A stretch of DNA of 64,000 bases, taken from a virus (taxonomy: Duplodnaviria > Caudoviricetes). The translations under genes and the position numbers were made by a program. Every line of letters begins with the position of its first letter. The first letter of the stretch is position 1. Shown in pieces: positions 38,853 to 47,317 of the stretch. Location of the stretch: positions 86,579 to 150,578 of the IMG/VR virus record IMGVR_UViG_3300028833_000075; one strand, given 5' to 3'. A model generated the notes under the pieces. That model searched no databases, was not told the DNA's origin, and was given only the letters and a program-made list of their open reading frames with translations.

Positions 38853-38891
38853 TGGTGGGGACATTCGAGAATTTACGTAATGGGGAAAGAA
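38853..38891 (+). promoter_or_regulatory. conserved ~40-bp motif copy
   Basis: TGGTGGGGACATTCGAGAATTTACGTAATGGGGAAAGAA. Confidence 0.55.
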
Positions 38892-39208
38892 TGCACAGCT
38901 AAAACAGCTTACTTTTTATTAAGGTTCAAAATAGTTGTTTTATATCGTGCATTTTATACATTATTCTCTACTGGGCAAATTGGCAGCTAATAACGTTTAC
39001 TTTTTTTATAGCAAATGAGCCGTAGAGGCTCGCATATTAAATTAACGTTATGATTTGCCAAACAAACAAAGCTAGTGCGGCTTACTATATATATATAGAA
39101 ATAAAAGAAGAAAACAGTCGCACAATTTCTACTTTATGCGGAACGCTAGTCAGGCTTACTTTTCTAAAATACTTGGAATATTTTTAGTTTGACGATACCG
39201 TTCCGCAT
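38891..39208 (+). ncRNA. array of four small hairpin RNAs (GCTA-N5-GYTTACT)
   Basis: motif at 38898, 38986, 39071, 39145, each with a covarying 3' partner strand. Confidence 0.65.
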
Positions 39209-39232
39209 CTTTTTTCTGAAAGGAGTAAGGTT

Positions 39233-40264
39233 ATGAAGGAATTATTCAAAGAGTATCTGTTTACTAAACACATTCTTGTTGCAACAAGCGAACCGACTGC
39301 AGAAGAAAGTTTTAATACGCTTGTTGCGCTGAAGAATCAGCTTGGAATTGAAATTACAAAAGGGAAAGAATCTGCAAGTTCAGATTTAATCAGATTTGCA
39401 GCAAACAATCTTGGAGAATATATTCCTGAACCTTTTTATCGCGGGTTCCCGGAAACCGTAAAACAACTTAATAAAGATCAGCTGTTGTTCGATCAAGTAT
39501 TTCATTATTTTGTGACATACGGTCTCGGTGAATTCGACGAAGCAGGACATTCGCTTTTCGAGAAAGAGTTTGAACGGCTCGCCTTTAACGAAGACGTTAC
39601 TCAAAAGGAATTTGAAATTCTGAGTGAAGCCGATGCGATTGACAGGCTTCAAAATTATGTTATTAATCTGCTTGAAAGTTCACGACCGCTGAGTGAAGAT
39701 ACTTATGTCATTGTCAGCGAAGTTATGCGGGACTATATGATCGTTCCGAAGGCAATTTCATGCAAGCAGACCGCCGTGCGGCTGCTTTATGACACGAAAG
39801 CTGTCTATCGTTATGGTCGGTACATCTCTCTCGCAGACGTAATTAAGCTTGTTGATTATATTAATTATACTGTTTACAGTAATGAAAATCTTAAGAAACT
39901 CAACCTTAGAAATAAAGACAGAAAACTTATTACTAAGGTGATTGACTTTTGTTTCGACAGCAAACGGTATAATTACAACGAGTGTTTCGAGAAGCGTAAG
40001 ATATGGTGCGGCCTGCTTCACCATATTCACTATCGTCCTGACAACGATGCGGCAGTTACTTTTGTGACGCTGATTCGTGAAGGCAAAAATATTTCTGCAT
40101 ACAGCAGATTCGAAGAAGAGATGTCCGATAATAATGTCGGTAAGGCTGCAGAAATTCTTTACAATGAGAAAGGCTCATCTATAGTAATTCGCAACCTGAA
40201 TTATCTCTTGTCTCGGTGCAAATCCGAAGAAGACGTAAAAGAGGTGTTATCATGGGTAAAATAA
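39233..40264 (+). CDS. helical protein, N-terminal partner of the TerD-like protein (possibly TROVE/Ro-like)
   Basis: PFYRGFP..V, LLFDQVFHYFVTYG, RNLNYLL; coupled to the next gene. Confidence 0.5.
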   Translation: MKELFKEYLFTKHILVATSEPTAEESFNTLVALKNQLGIEITKGKESASSDLIRFAANNLGEYIPEPFYRGFPETVKQLNKDQLLFDQVFHYFVTYGLGEFDEAGHSLFEKEFERLAFNEDVTQKEFEILSEADAIDRLQNYVINLLESSRPLSEDTYVIVSEVMRDYMIVPKAISCKQTAVRLLYDTKAVYRYGRYISLADVIKLVDYINYTVYSNENLKKLNLRNKDRKLITKVIDFCFDSKRYNYNECFEKRKIWCGLLHHIHYRPDNDAAVTFVTLIREGKNISAYSRFEEEMSDNNVGKAAEILYNEKGSSIVIRNLNYLLSRCKSEEDVKEVLSWVK

Positions 40265-41298
40265 ATCCCATCGTTTTAATTCAGATGCTGATGCAGTACC
40301 ATAATTACTCAACAAAGCCTCGTGTATTTAAGTTTACGCGGAATAACAGGCTCAGAATGCATCGGGAATCTGAAGAAGAACAGGAAAAACGCAAATCTGT
40401 CCTGTCGCCTGAAATCAGAGCAGCTGCAGAGAAAACAATTAAGTCTCAGCTTTGGGAGTCTCTGAAAGGACGAGCAGGAAAAGTCTATGTAGATCCTGCG
40501 ATGAAATCAATTGCAGTTCCGCTGCAGATGTCTGTTTCTCAAAACGGATTCGATGTTCTTCCTGCTGGCTCTCGGGTGAAAATTCCAGAAGGCAAGAAGA
40601 TCAGAGCTTTTACTTATTGGGAAAAGGTAAACGATATCGATCTGTCTTGTTTCGGTTTGACAGAAGACGGAACTCAGCAGGAGTTCTCATGGAGAAATAT
40701 GTATGATCGGCAAAGTTCCGATATTACTTTCTCTGGTGATGAAACATCCGGTTATAATGGCGGCTCGGAATATTTTGATATTAACTTAAATCTTTTTAAA
40801 GCGAAGCATCCTGATTTCAGGTATGTTGTCTTTTGCGACAATGTATATTCTAATGGCGGCAGCACTCATTTCAACAAGTGTTTCTGCAAAGCTGGATTCA
40901 TGATTCGCGATGAAAAAGATAGCGGCGAAATCTACGAGCCAAAAACCGTTAAAACCTCATTCCGTGTGGATGGGGATTCATCTTTTAGTTATATGTTTGC
41001 TATCGATCTTGACACGAGAGAAATGATTTGGCTGAACATGTCTCGCGAAGGCAATCATGCTATCGCTGGAGAAGAAAAGATGGATTTCCTGATGAGTTAT
41101 CTGACTGCTACCGAAGTGTTTAATGTTTATGATCTGTTTAAAGCATGCGGAGAGAAAGCTACAACCATTCTCGACGCAGATGTAATTGTAACCGATTATA
41201 CTTTCAATGAGCCTTCGATTGCGGAAGCAATCAAAGACAAAGAGATTATTCGGTCTTACGACTTTGAAAAGATCTTAAAATACATTCAGCCACAATAA
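40252..41298 (+). CDS. TerD-like domain protein
   Basis: FTYW...DIDLS, FSGDETSG, GSEYFDI motifs. Confidence 0.65.
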   Translation: MGKINPIVLIQMLMQYHNYSTKPRVFKFTRNNRLRMHRESEEEQEKRKSVLSPEIRAAAEKTIKSQLWESLKGRAGKVYVDPAMKSIAVPLQMSVSQNGFDVLPAGSRVKIPEGKKIRAFTYWEKVNDIDLSCFGLTEDGTQQEFSWRNMYDRQSSDITFSGDETSGYNGGSEYFDINLNLFKAKHPDFRYVVFCDNVYSNGGSTHFNKCFCKAGFMIRDEKDSGEIYEPKTVKTSFRVDGDSSFSYMFAIDLDTREMIWLNMSREGNHAIAGEEKMDFLMSYLTATEVFNVYDLFKACGEKATTILDADVIVTDYTFNEPSIAEAIKDKEIIRSYDFEKILKYIQPQ

Positions 41299-41344
41299 GG
41301 TTTTATCGGAACGTATTAAGTGCGGGTACGTTTCGTTAAAATAT

Positions 41345-41471
41345 TACAGATGACGGAATAGGTAGACGTGCGAAACCATAGGTGGGTCTGACATAAACCC
41401 ATTTTCCTCCGCGACAACTGCTCCTATGGTGCTGATGGTTGTCATGCCGGGTGCAAATCCCGGCTCTGTAT
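41345..41471 (+). ncRNA. tRNA-like element, copy 2
   Basis: TACAGA/TCTGTA; TGACGGAATAGGTAGACGT; GCCGG-GTGCAAAT-CCCGGC. Confidence 0.65.
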
Positions 41472-41673
41472 TTATTTATTTCGGATAAAAACAGAATATC
41501 TGTTTTTATTTTCAGAAGGCAAGCGAATGGCAGACGTGCCAGAAAGAAGGTTCGGCAACCGCGAATGCTCAAACTCCGACGCCGATGTTTGATAAGACAA
41601 TTCCGAGAGTGCGCACAAAAAGCTTGCATAAAATAAGGCTCGGGCAAGTCAAAAGAATCTTCACCTTCTTCAA

Positions 41674-41758
41674 GTCCGTTTGGCCGAGAGGCTTATGGCT
41701 GTAGTCTTGAAAACTACTGAGTGTAAAAGCTCCGCAGGTTCGAATCCTGCAGCGGACG
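41674..41758 (+). tRNA. tRNA-Ser(TGA)
   Basis: GTCCGTT/AGCGGAC; GTAGT-CTTGAAA-ACTAC; long variable arm. Confidence 0.85.
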
Positions 41759-42052
41759 CTTGGAAAAACTAATAGAAATCCAATCTTACTTACTTTCCGC
41801 TCGCAAGAGAACTTTCAAGTAAGAACGGTAGATGCTGTGGCAGAAATATTGCAGTGTGCAAACCTACGGGTCGCTCCCGGCACGAGGATTAGTGAAGTAC
41901 TGAACCAGCTTAGTAGGGTCAGATACCATGAGACTGGCTGAACGGCTAAAACCGGAAACCTTAAACGGAAAACAGGGAGAAACGTTCGGCGAACTGCTAA
42001 TCACAAGGTAACTCAATGATAGGTGAAAGTCCTATCCAGTATCTTTTTTTAT

Positions 42053-42126
42053 GCTGATGTCGCCCAGTTGGCTAGGGAATCGCTCTTGTAAAGCGAACGT
42101 CGTTGGTTCGAGTCCAACCATCAGCT
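42053..42126 (+). tRNA. tRNA-Thr(TGT)
   Basis: GCTGATG/CATCAGC; TCGCT-CTTGTAA-AGCGA. Confidence 0.88.
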
Positions 42127-42225
42127 CTTCAAAACCCGGAAAAGTACATATTGAGTTTTGAGTACTGATCATACTTTTTGTAAATATGTGACCTTCGTCC
42201 GTTGTGGGGTAACAGCGGTCATATT

Positions 42226-42300
42226 GCTCTCGTGGCGCAATTGGAAGCGCGACTGATTTGTAATCAGTAGGCTTTGTGGGTTCAAGTCCCACCGGGAGCT
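42226..42300 (+). tRNA. tRNA-Thr(TGT), second divergent copy
   Basis: GCTCTCG/CGGGAGC; ACTGA-TTTGTAA-TCAGT. Confidence 0.85.
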
Positions 42301-42556
42301 CATTCTCCGTGGACACTTGATATTTATATCATAGAAGTCGGATGGGTTTTAGGAAGTCCTGAACGAAGCCCCTTAAGCGGCACATTGTAGTTGCGGTTGT
42401 GCAGAATTAACCAAGAGGCCGTCTGGAAACGATCTGTTGACAGCTTGGAAAGACAAGCGTTTTCCGTGTCGTTGATGCGGACTTGTGAACCGTCGGAACA
42501 AAGACGTAAAACATGTTCATGAAGCCATGCGATAAAGGTATGGCTTCTATTTTTAT

Positions 42557-42631
42557 TGGGGATTCGTATATTGGTTATTACGCCCGGCTTTGACCCGGGA
42601 AAGGGCGGATCGTAACCGTCATCCCCAGCCA
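42557..42631 (+). tRNA. tRNA-Gln(TTG)
   Basis: TGGGGAT/ATCCCCA-G-CCA; CCCGG-CTTTGAC-CCGGG. Confidence 0.85.
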
Positions 42632-42866
42632 TATGCGGTGGTGGAATAGACAACTATCACTCCTGCGGAGAGTAGATAAGGACGTGGCTCTCACTTGAGT
42701 ACACCTGATAACAGGGGCGCAGGTCACGGTTGGTAAAGTCTTCAAAGACAATAGTAGACACAGGCTTGGTAAGGCATGGAGGTAAGGAGATCAAATGATC
42801 GTTGGGTGAATGGCATTTAGTTGCCATGGAGCCGTGCTATGTGAGGTGCAAATCCTCACCCGCATA
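42632..42866 (+). ncRNA. tRNA-like element, copy 3 (large D-loop insertion)
   Basis: TATGCGG/CCGCATA; GTGGAATAG...~100 nt...TAGTAGACAC; GTGAG-GTGCAAAT-CCTCAC. Confidence 0.6.
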
Positions 42867-43259
42867 ACTTAAATAGGAGTTTATCGTATGAAGATATTAA
42901 AAATGATTTTCTGCCGTCATAAATACGAGTATATCAGGAAACTTTATGGCGATGAGATCAACGCCCATAATGGCAAGCGCAACGAATATCGCTGTAAGAA
43001 ATGCGGCATGTATAAATGATTGGAATGATTCATAGGGGGATGAAAAATGGAGAAAGCTATATTTGAACTTGTTGAATGGGTAAAGTGTTTAACAGGGATT
43101 AATATAATGATAGGTGGTATACTGTTTTATATTGTACTGTTCAAAGAAAAATAATTTTTTAAATTACTGTAACTGTCATTTGTAATTTTATATTTATTAA
43201 GTAACTGTATAGTATAAAGTAAAATTGCTGGATGATTGTTTTGAAAGCGGTGAAATGGA

Positions 43260-43451
43260 ATGAAAGCAAAGTATTACGATATTGATTATTGGTATAAAGA
43301 AATGATAAATATGCCGATTGAACTTCCGAAAACGTATATTGATGGTTGGATCGCAGGAAGAAAATGCGAACCATACGACGACACAAAACCAATAACATGG
43401 CAATGCGGATACAATGATGGGAGATACAATCTCGATTCTAGCTTATTGTAA
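43260..43451 (+). CDS. small hypothetical protein
   Basis: ORF within the small-gene array. Confidence 0.5.
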   Translation: MKAKYYDIDYWYKEMINMPIELPKTYIDGWIAGRKCEPYDDTKPITWQCGYNDGRYNLDSSLL

Positions 43452-43737
43452 CTAAAGACAATGTGGAAGAAGAATGAGATAACGATTCCCGGCTTCAAAT
43501 AGGGACTAAAAAAGCGGTTGTCGGTTATCCGTAAAATTGCTGTTTAAGGAGAATGATGAAATGACAAAAGAAGAAATACTACAACTCATCAAAGACATGA
43601 TTTCCGAATGGGATACAGTTAAAACGTATGCGGCTTTTTGTAAAAGGGATGCATTAAGAGAACTATTGATGAACATTCTTGATAAAGAAAAAGCAACTTA
43701 AAATTGCTGTATTATAAGCTGTTTCGGAGACAAATAC

Positions 43738-44115
43738 ATGGAGAATTGTGACGATTGCAGGTATTACCATTGGTATTACGATTACTGTGACAAGTGGGAT
43801 TGTGAAATGGATGCGAGAGCTTGCAACTCGTGCTTTGAATCACGAAAACGCAGAAAAATGGAATGCAACAAGAGAGGTAAAAATATGCTTGCGCTAACAA
43901 AAAAGCAGTTATTATTAGTGCTGGAAACACATTATGATAGAGATGATAAATTGATAATGATAGACGATATTGAAAAAATGTATAAAGCATACGGTGATGA
44001 GTATTTCCATGACTATGGTTGCGACTCTCCATGGGAGCTTACTAACGAAAACGAAGCATGGAAGAATATGAGGGGTCATGACGGGATCCCAAAGAAGAAC
44101 GGAAAAAAGAATTAG
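43738..44115 (+). CDS. hypothetical protein (Cys-rich N-terminus; may be two small genes read in frame)
   Basis: GGAG RBS; internal GAGG RBS before MLALTKKQ. Confidence 0.45.
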   Translation: MENCDDCRYYHWYYDYCDKWDCEMDARACNSCFESRKRRKMECNKRGKNMLALTKKQLLLVLETHYDRDDKLIMIDDIEKMYKAYGDEYFHDYGCDSPWELTNENEAWKNMRGHDGIPKKNGKKN

Positions 44116-44146
44116 TGACTTAAATTGCTGTTTAATGGAGATAGGT

Positions 44147-44341
44147 ATGGATAATCTAAAGTTATGCCCTTTTTGTGGCAGTGAGCCAAAAATTGTTGCA
44201 GGCACAGAATATGTAGGCGATATCGAAAAAGACACTTTTAATGTTGTTTGCACAAATCCTGAATGCATCATATTTGATGGATATGGACGGTCATTTTATA
44301 CGTTAGCAAATACTAAAGACGCATGGAATGATCGAATCTAA
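44147..44341 (+). CDS. Lar-family Zn-ribbon protein
   Basis: LKLCPFCG...CTNPEC...AWNDR. Confidence 0.7.
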   Translation: MDNLKLCPFCGSEPKIVAGTEYVGDIEKDTFNVVCTNPECIIFDGYGRSFYTLANTKDAWNDRI

Positions 44342-44566
44342 ATTGCTGTATGTCGAACTTGTACATATTTAACATCGCAAAAGGAGCAGAAAGGGAATGA
44401 GCATGAGAATGATTTATAAAATAGGACTGTTTTTCGTGAATATCGTCCACAATATTTTACATAACGCAAGAATCTGTATCTACAAGGCTATTGAGTGGTG
44501 CAATTCAAAATGTTGAATATTCGTTAAAGGCAACAAGTGACGATCTAAGTCAGAAAGGCATAGAGA

Positions 44567-44770
44567 ATGAAGGTATCAAAAGCTTTGTATCATGTGCAAC
44601 ATATTGACGAGATGTCTAATTGTTTTATTGAAAAGGCAGGTGAAAAGAAAAACAACGAAATGATTGAAATCCAAGTAAAAGACTTATTTGAACTTCTTGA
44701 TTATGTAAGTTTATATAAAGCAGAATTATTAGAAAAAGATATTTCTGCTTTCGAGTTTGATAAGGGATGA
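44567..44770 (+). CDS. hypothetical protein
   Basis: 67-aa ORF. Confidence 0.5.
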   Translation: MKVSKALYHVQHIDEMSNCFIEKAGEKKNNEMIEIQVKDLFELLDYVSLYKAELLEKDISAFEFDKG

Positions 44771-44910
44771 AAACTTAAAGGAGCAAAATAATTTGCTGGT
44801 ATATACTGGATGTCATTGGGCGGCGTAGTGGTGACTTTTGGTGGCTCGGTTCGACTCCGGGGCTGTCCGTGATGCTAATATATATTGGTAAACCATAATC
44901 TAAATAAAAC

Positions 44911-45064
44911 ATTGAGTGGTGGCGGAATAAGTAGACGCACTTTAGAGGCAGGCAGCGCACGACAGCAGAGACGCGTAATGCGGTGAGAAGCAGTGATGCG
45001 AACCTACCCGGTATATATCCCGGAAAACGCTGCCATGTGGGGTGTAAATCCTCACCCGCTCGAT
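44911..45064 (+). ncRNA. tRNA-like element, copy 4
   Basis: ATTGAGTGG/CCGCTCGAT; TGGCGGAATAAGTAGACGC; GTGGG-GTGTAAAT-CCTCAC. Confidence 0.65.
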
Positions 45065-45124
45065 CAATAAAATCCATCTCAAAAAGGAGAAAATTATGAA
45101 TTTTAGAGCCTACGGAGGAGAGCC

Positions 45125-45862
45125 ATGACTGACGAAGAAAGAGAACGGAAGATTCATGAAGCACTTCATGCTCACCATGACAAGGTAAAAGAAAAATACT
45201 ATGCGGTTATGACTGTCCTTTGCGGAAGCCAGAACTACATGCTGGATACAGAAAGCAGTGATTATGATACCTTCACATTCGTGCTGCCGTCTCTGGCTGA
45301 TATGGCAATGCTCAAGGGGCCAGTCAGTATCATGACGGAAGATGAATATGGTCACGTTGATATTAAAGATGTCCGGCTTGCTCTGAATCTTTTGAAAAAG
45401 ACATCTCCGAACAGTGTTGAGTGGTTCGCGACCAGATACCGCATCGTTGAACCGGAGTATGCGGATCTTTTCGATACTTACATCACGCCTGAAACTCTCC
45501 GGTGCAGTACGAAGCATATGATGGCGGCTATCGGCGGATTGGCACATCAGCTGACAAAGCGAAACATCTCTCCTGGCAAAAGATATTCGCATCTTCTCCG
45601 CATGGAATGTATGGTAGACAACTACTACAACCTTCAGAGTGACATTTTGTCGCTGACAGAAGTTGAGAGAAACAAAGCTCTGAGAGCAAAAATGCTTCAG
45701 AATATGCCTTTTTATGACGGAAAATGCTTTAAGTGCGAGCAGCGCATCAAAGAAAAAATAGAATCGTATAGCGGAGTTGATATGTCTGGTATTGAAAAAC
45801 TCGGAGTGTCCAATGTGAGCGAGCTTCAGGTAAAGCTGTTTAAAGTTTTGATCAGCAAATAA
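45125..45862 (+). CDS. Pol-beta superfamily nucleotidyltransferase (RlaP-like)
   Basis: GSQNYMLDTESSDYD signature; SPNSVEWF. Confidence 0.8.
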   Translation: MTDEERERKIHEALHAHHDKVKEKYYAVMTVLCGSQNYMLDTESSDYDTFTFVLPSLADMAMLKGPVSIMTEDEYGHVDIKDVRLALNLLKKTSPNSVEWFATRYRIVEPEYADLFDTYITPETLRCSTKHMMAAIGGLAHQLTKRNISPGKRYSHLLRMECMVDNYYNLQSDILSLTEVERNKALRAKMLQNMPFYDGKCFKCEQRIKEKIESYSGVDMSGIEKLGVSNVSELQVKLFKVLISK

Positions 45863-45866
45863 TAAT

Positions 45867-45980
45867 ATGCGGTGGCGGAATAGGTAGACGCTTAAAACGT
45901 AAGACTTGTCGCCGTTGTCTAAAGTTCGACAGACGCGTGGCCGCAGTACTGTTATGTGAGGTGCAAATCCTCACCCGCAT
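45867..45980 (+). ncRNA. tRNA-like element, copy 5
   Basis: ATGCGG/CCGCAT; TGGCGGAATAGGTAGACGC; GTGAG-GTGCAAAT-CCTCAC. Confidence 0.65.
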
Positions 45981-45983
45981 TAT

Positions 45984-46055
45984 CGGATCGTAGTTTAACG
46001 GAGAAAACGACGGTAATTTACTGGATAATTGACAGTTCGATTCTGTCCGATCCGA
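45984..46055 (+). tRNA. degenerate tRNA (pseudo; anticodon arm non-canonical)
   Basis: CGGATCG/CGATCCG acceptor, D arm and GACAG-TTCGATT-CTGTC T arm; no 7-nt anticodon loop. Confidence 0.5.
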
Positions 46056-46101
46056 ATAAAAACATTTCTAATACAAAACTAAATATAAAGGAGTAAAAGG
46101 T

Positions 46102-47148
46102 ATGAGAAAACTTGCAAGCATTCAAAGAGTATGGGATGTACAACCCATCGAAAACGCCGACAGACTGGAGTTAATTCGAATCGAAGGATGGCAATGCGTT
46201 GCCAATAAAGGTCAGTTTAAAAAAGGAGATTTGTGCGTTTACTTTGAAATAGATTCATTTCTCCCAATTCGGCCAGAGTTTGAATTCCTTCGATCTTCCA
46301 GTTACAAAAAGACAGATATTATGGGTGAAGGTTTCCGTCTGAGAACAATGAAGTTTCGTGGACAGATTAGTCAAGGATTAGCCCTTCCTTTGAATGCGTT
46401 CCAAGATCTTCCAAGCGAAGCTGATGTTGCAGTAGGTATGGATGTTACCGAATGGCTCGGAGTAAAGAAATGGGAAATTGAAGAACGCGCAACGACTGGT
46501 GGTACAACAGTTGGAAATCTTCCTTATGACGTACCACACACTGATGAAACAAGAGTACAAGCAGAACCAGAACTTATTCAAGCTTTTTCAGGACTTCAGT
46601 ATTATATTTCCACAAAGATGGACGGATCTTCTCATTCTATTTCTATTGATGAAAATGGCTTTCATGTATGTGGTCATAATTATGAATATAAAGACGACGG
46701 AAACAGTTCATTTTATGAATTCATTAAACAAAAAAATTATGAATACAACATGCGCCATGCAATGGGAAGATTCGACATTAAAACCCTTACGATTCAGGGC
46801 GAGTTTTGTGCACCCGGTATTCAAAAGAATCCTTTGAAACTAACTCAGCCTGAATGGTATGTTTTTACGATTCGCGTAAATGGAAAACGAATCGGCTTAA
46901 GCGAAATGTTGAAACTCTGTGCTTTTATGAATATGCCTACCGTTCCAATTGAAGAAATTGATTTCGATCTTCCTTCTAAGTATCCGACAGTTGAAGATCT
47001 TCTTAAGCGGGCTGATGGTAATTATTCTACGGGCGGCCGAAAAGAAGGGATTGTAATAAGACCTCTTGAGCCAGTATTTAACAGTAAAATTGGGGGCCCA
47101 TTAAGCATGAAAGTTGTAAGTAATAAATACCTCTTAAGAAACGAATGA
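46102..47148 (+). CDS. ATP-dependent RNA ligase, DRB0094/Rnl5-like
   Basis: MRKLASIQ..IENADRLE (OB fold), RGQISQGL, TKMDGSS (motif I), QGE, EGIV, KVVSNKYL. Confidence 0.9.
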   Translation: MRKLASIQRVWDVQPIENADRLELIRIEGWQCVANKGQFKKGDLCVYFEIDSFLPIRPEFEFLRSSSYKKTDIMGEGFRLRTMKFRGQISQGLALPLNAFQDLPSEADVAVGMDVTEWLGVKKWEIEERATTGGTTVGNLPYDVPHTDETRVQAEPELIQAFSGLQYYISTKMDGSSHSISIDENGFHVCGHNYEYKDDGNSSFYEFIKQKNYEYNMRHAMGRFDIKTLTIQGEFCAPGIQKNPLKLTQPEWYVFTIRVNGKRIGLSEMLKLCAFMNMPTVPIEEIDFDLPSKYPTVEDLLKRADGNYSTGGRKEGIVIRPLEPVFNSKIGGPLSMKVVSNKYLLRNE

Positions 47149-47317
47149 TTTTAACGTCTCTCGCGAGACGATCGTATTTATGGATAACGCCGCTAACCTC
47201 GGCGTTTTATTTTCTCGCGGAAAGGAAGTGAACAATCAGGCGCGACAGCGTTTATCTCGCAAACCTGTCTATTACGCCAAGTGATATTGCGAAGATGAAG
47301 AATAGAAGGAGAAAGCA

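Noticed and set aside
45984-46055. Suppressor tRNA or stop-codon reassignment
   Set aside because: No canonical 7-nt anticodon loop, and long genes are intact in the standard code with TAA, TAG and TGA all used as stops
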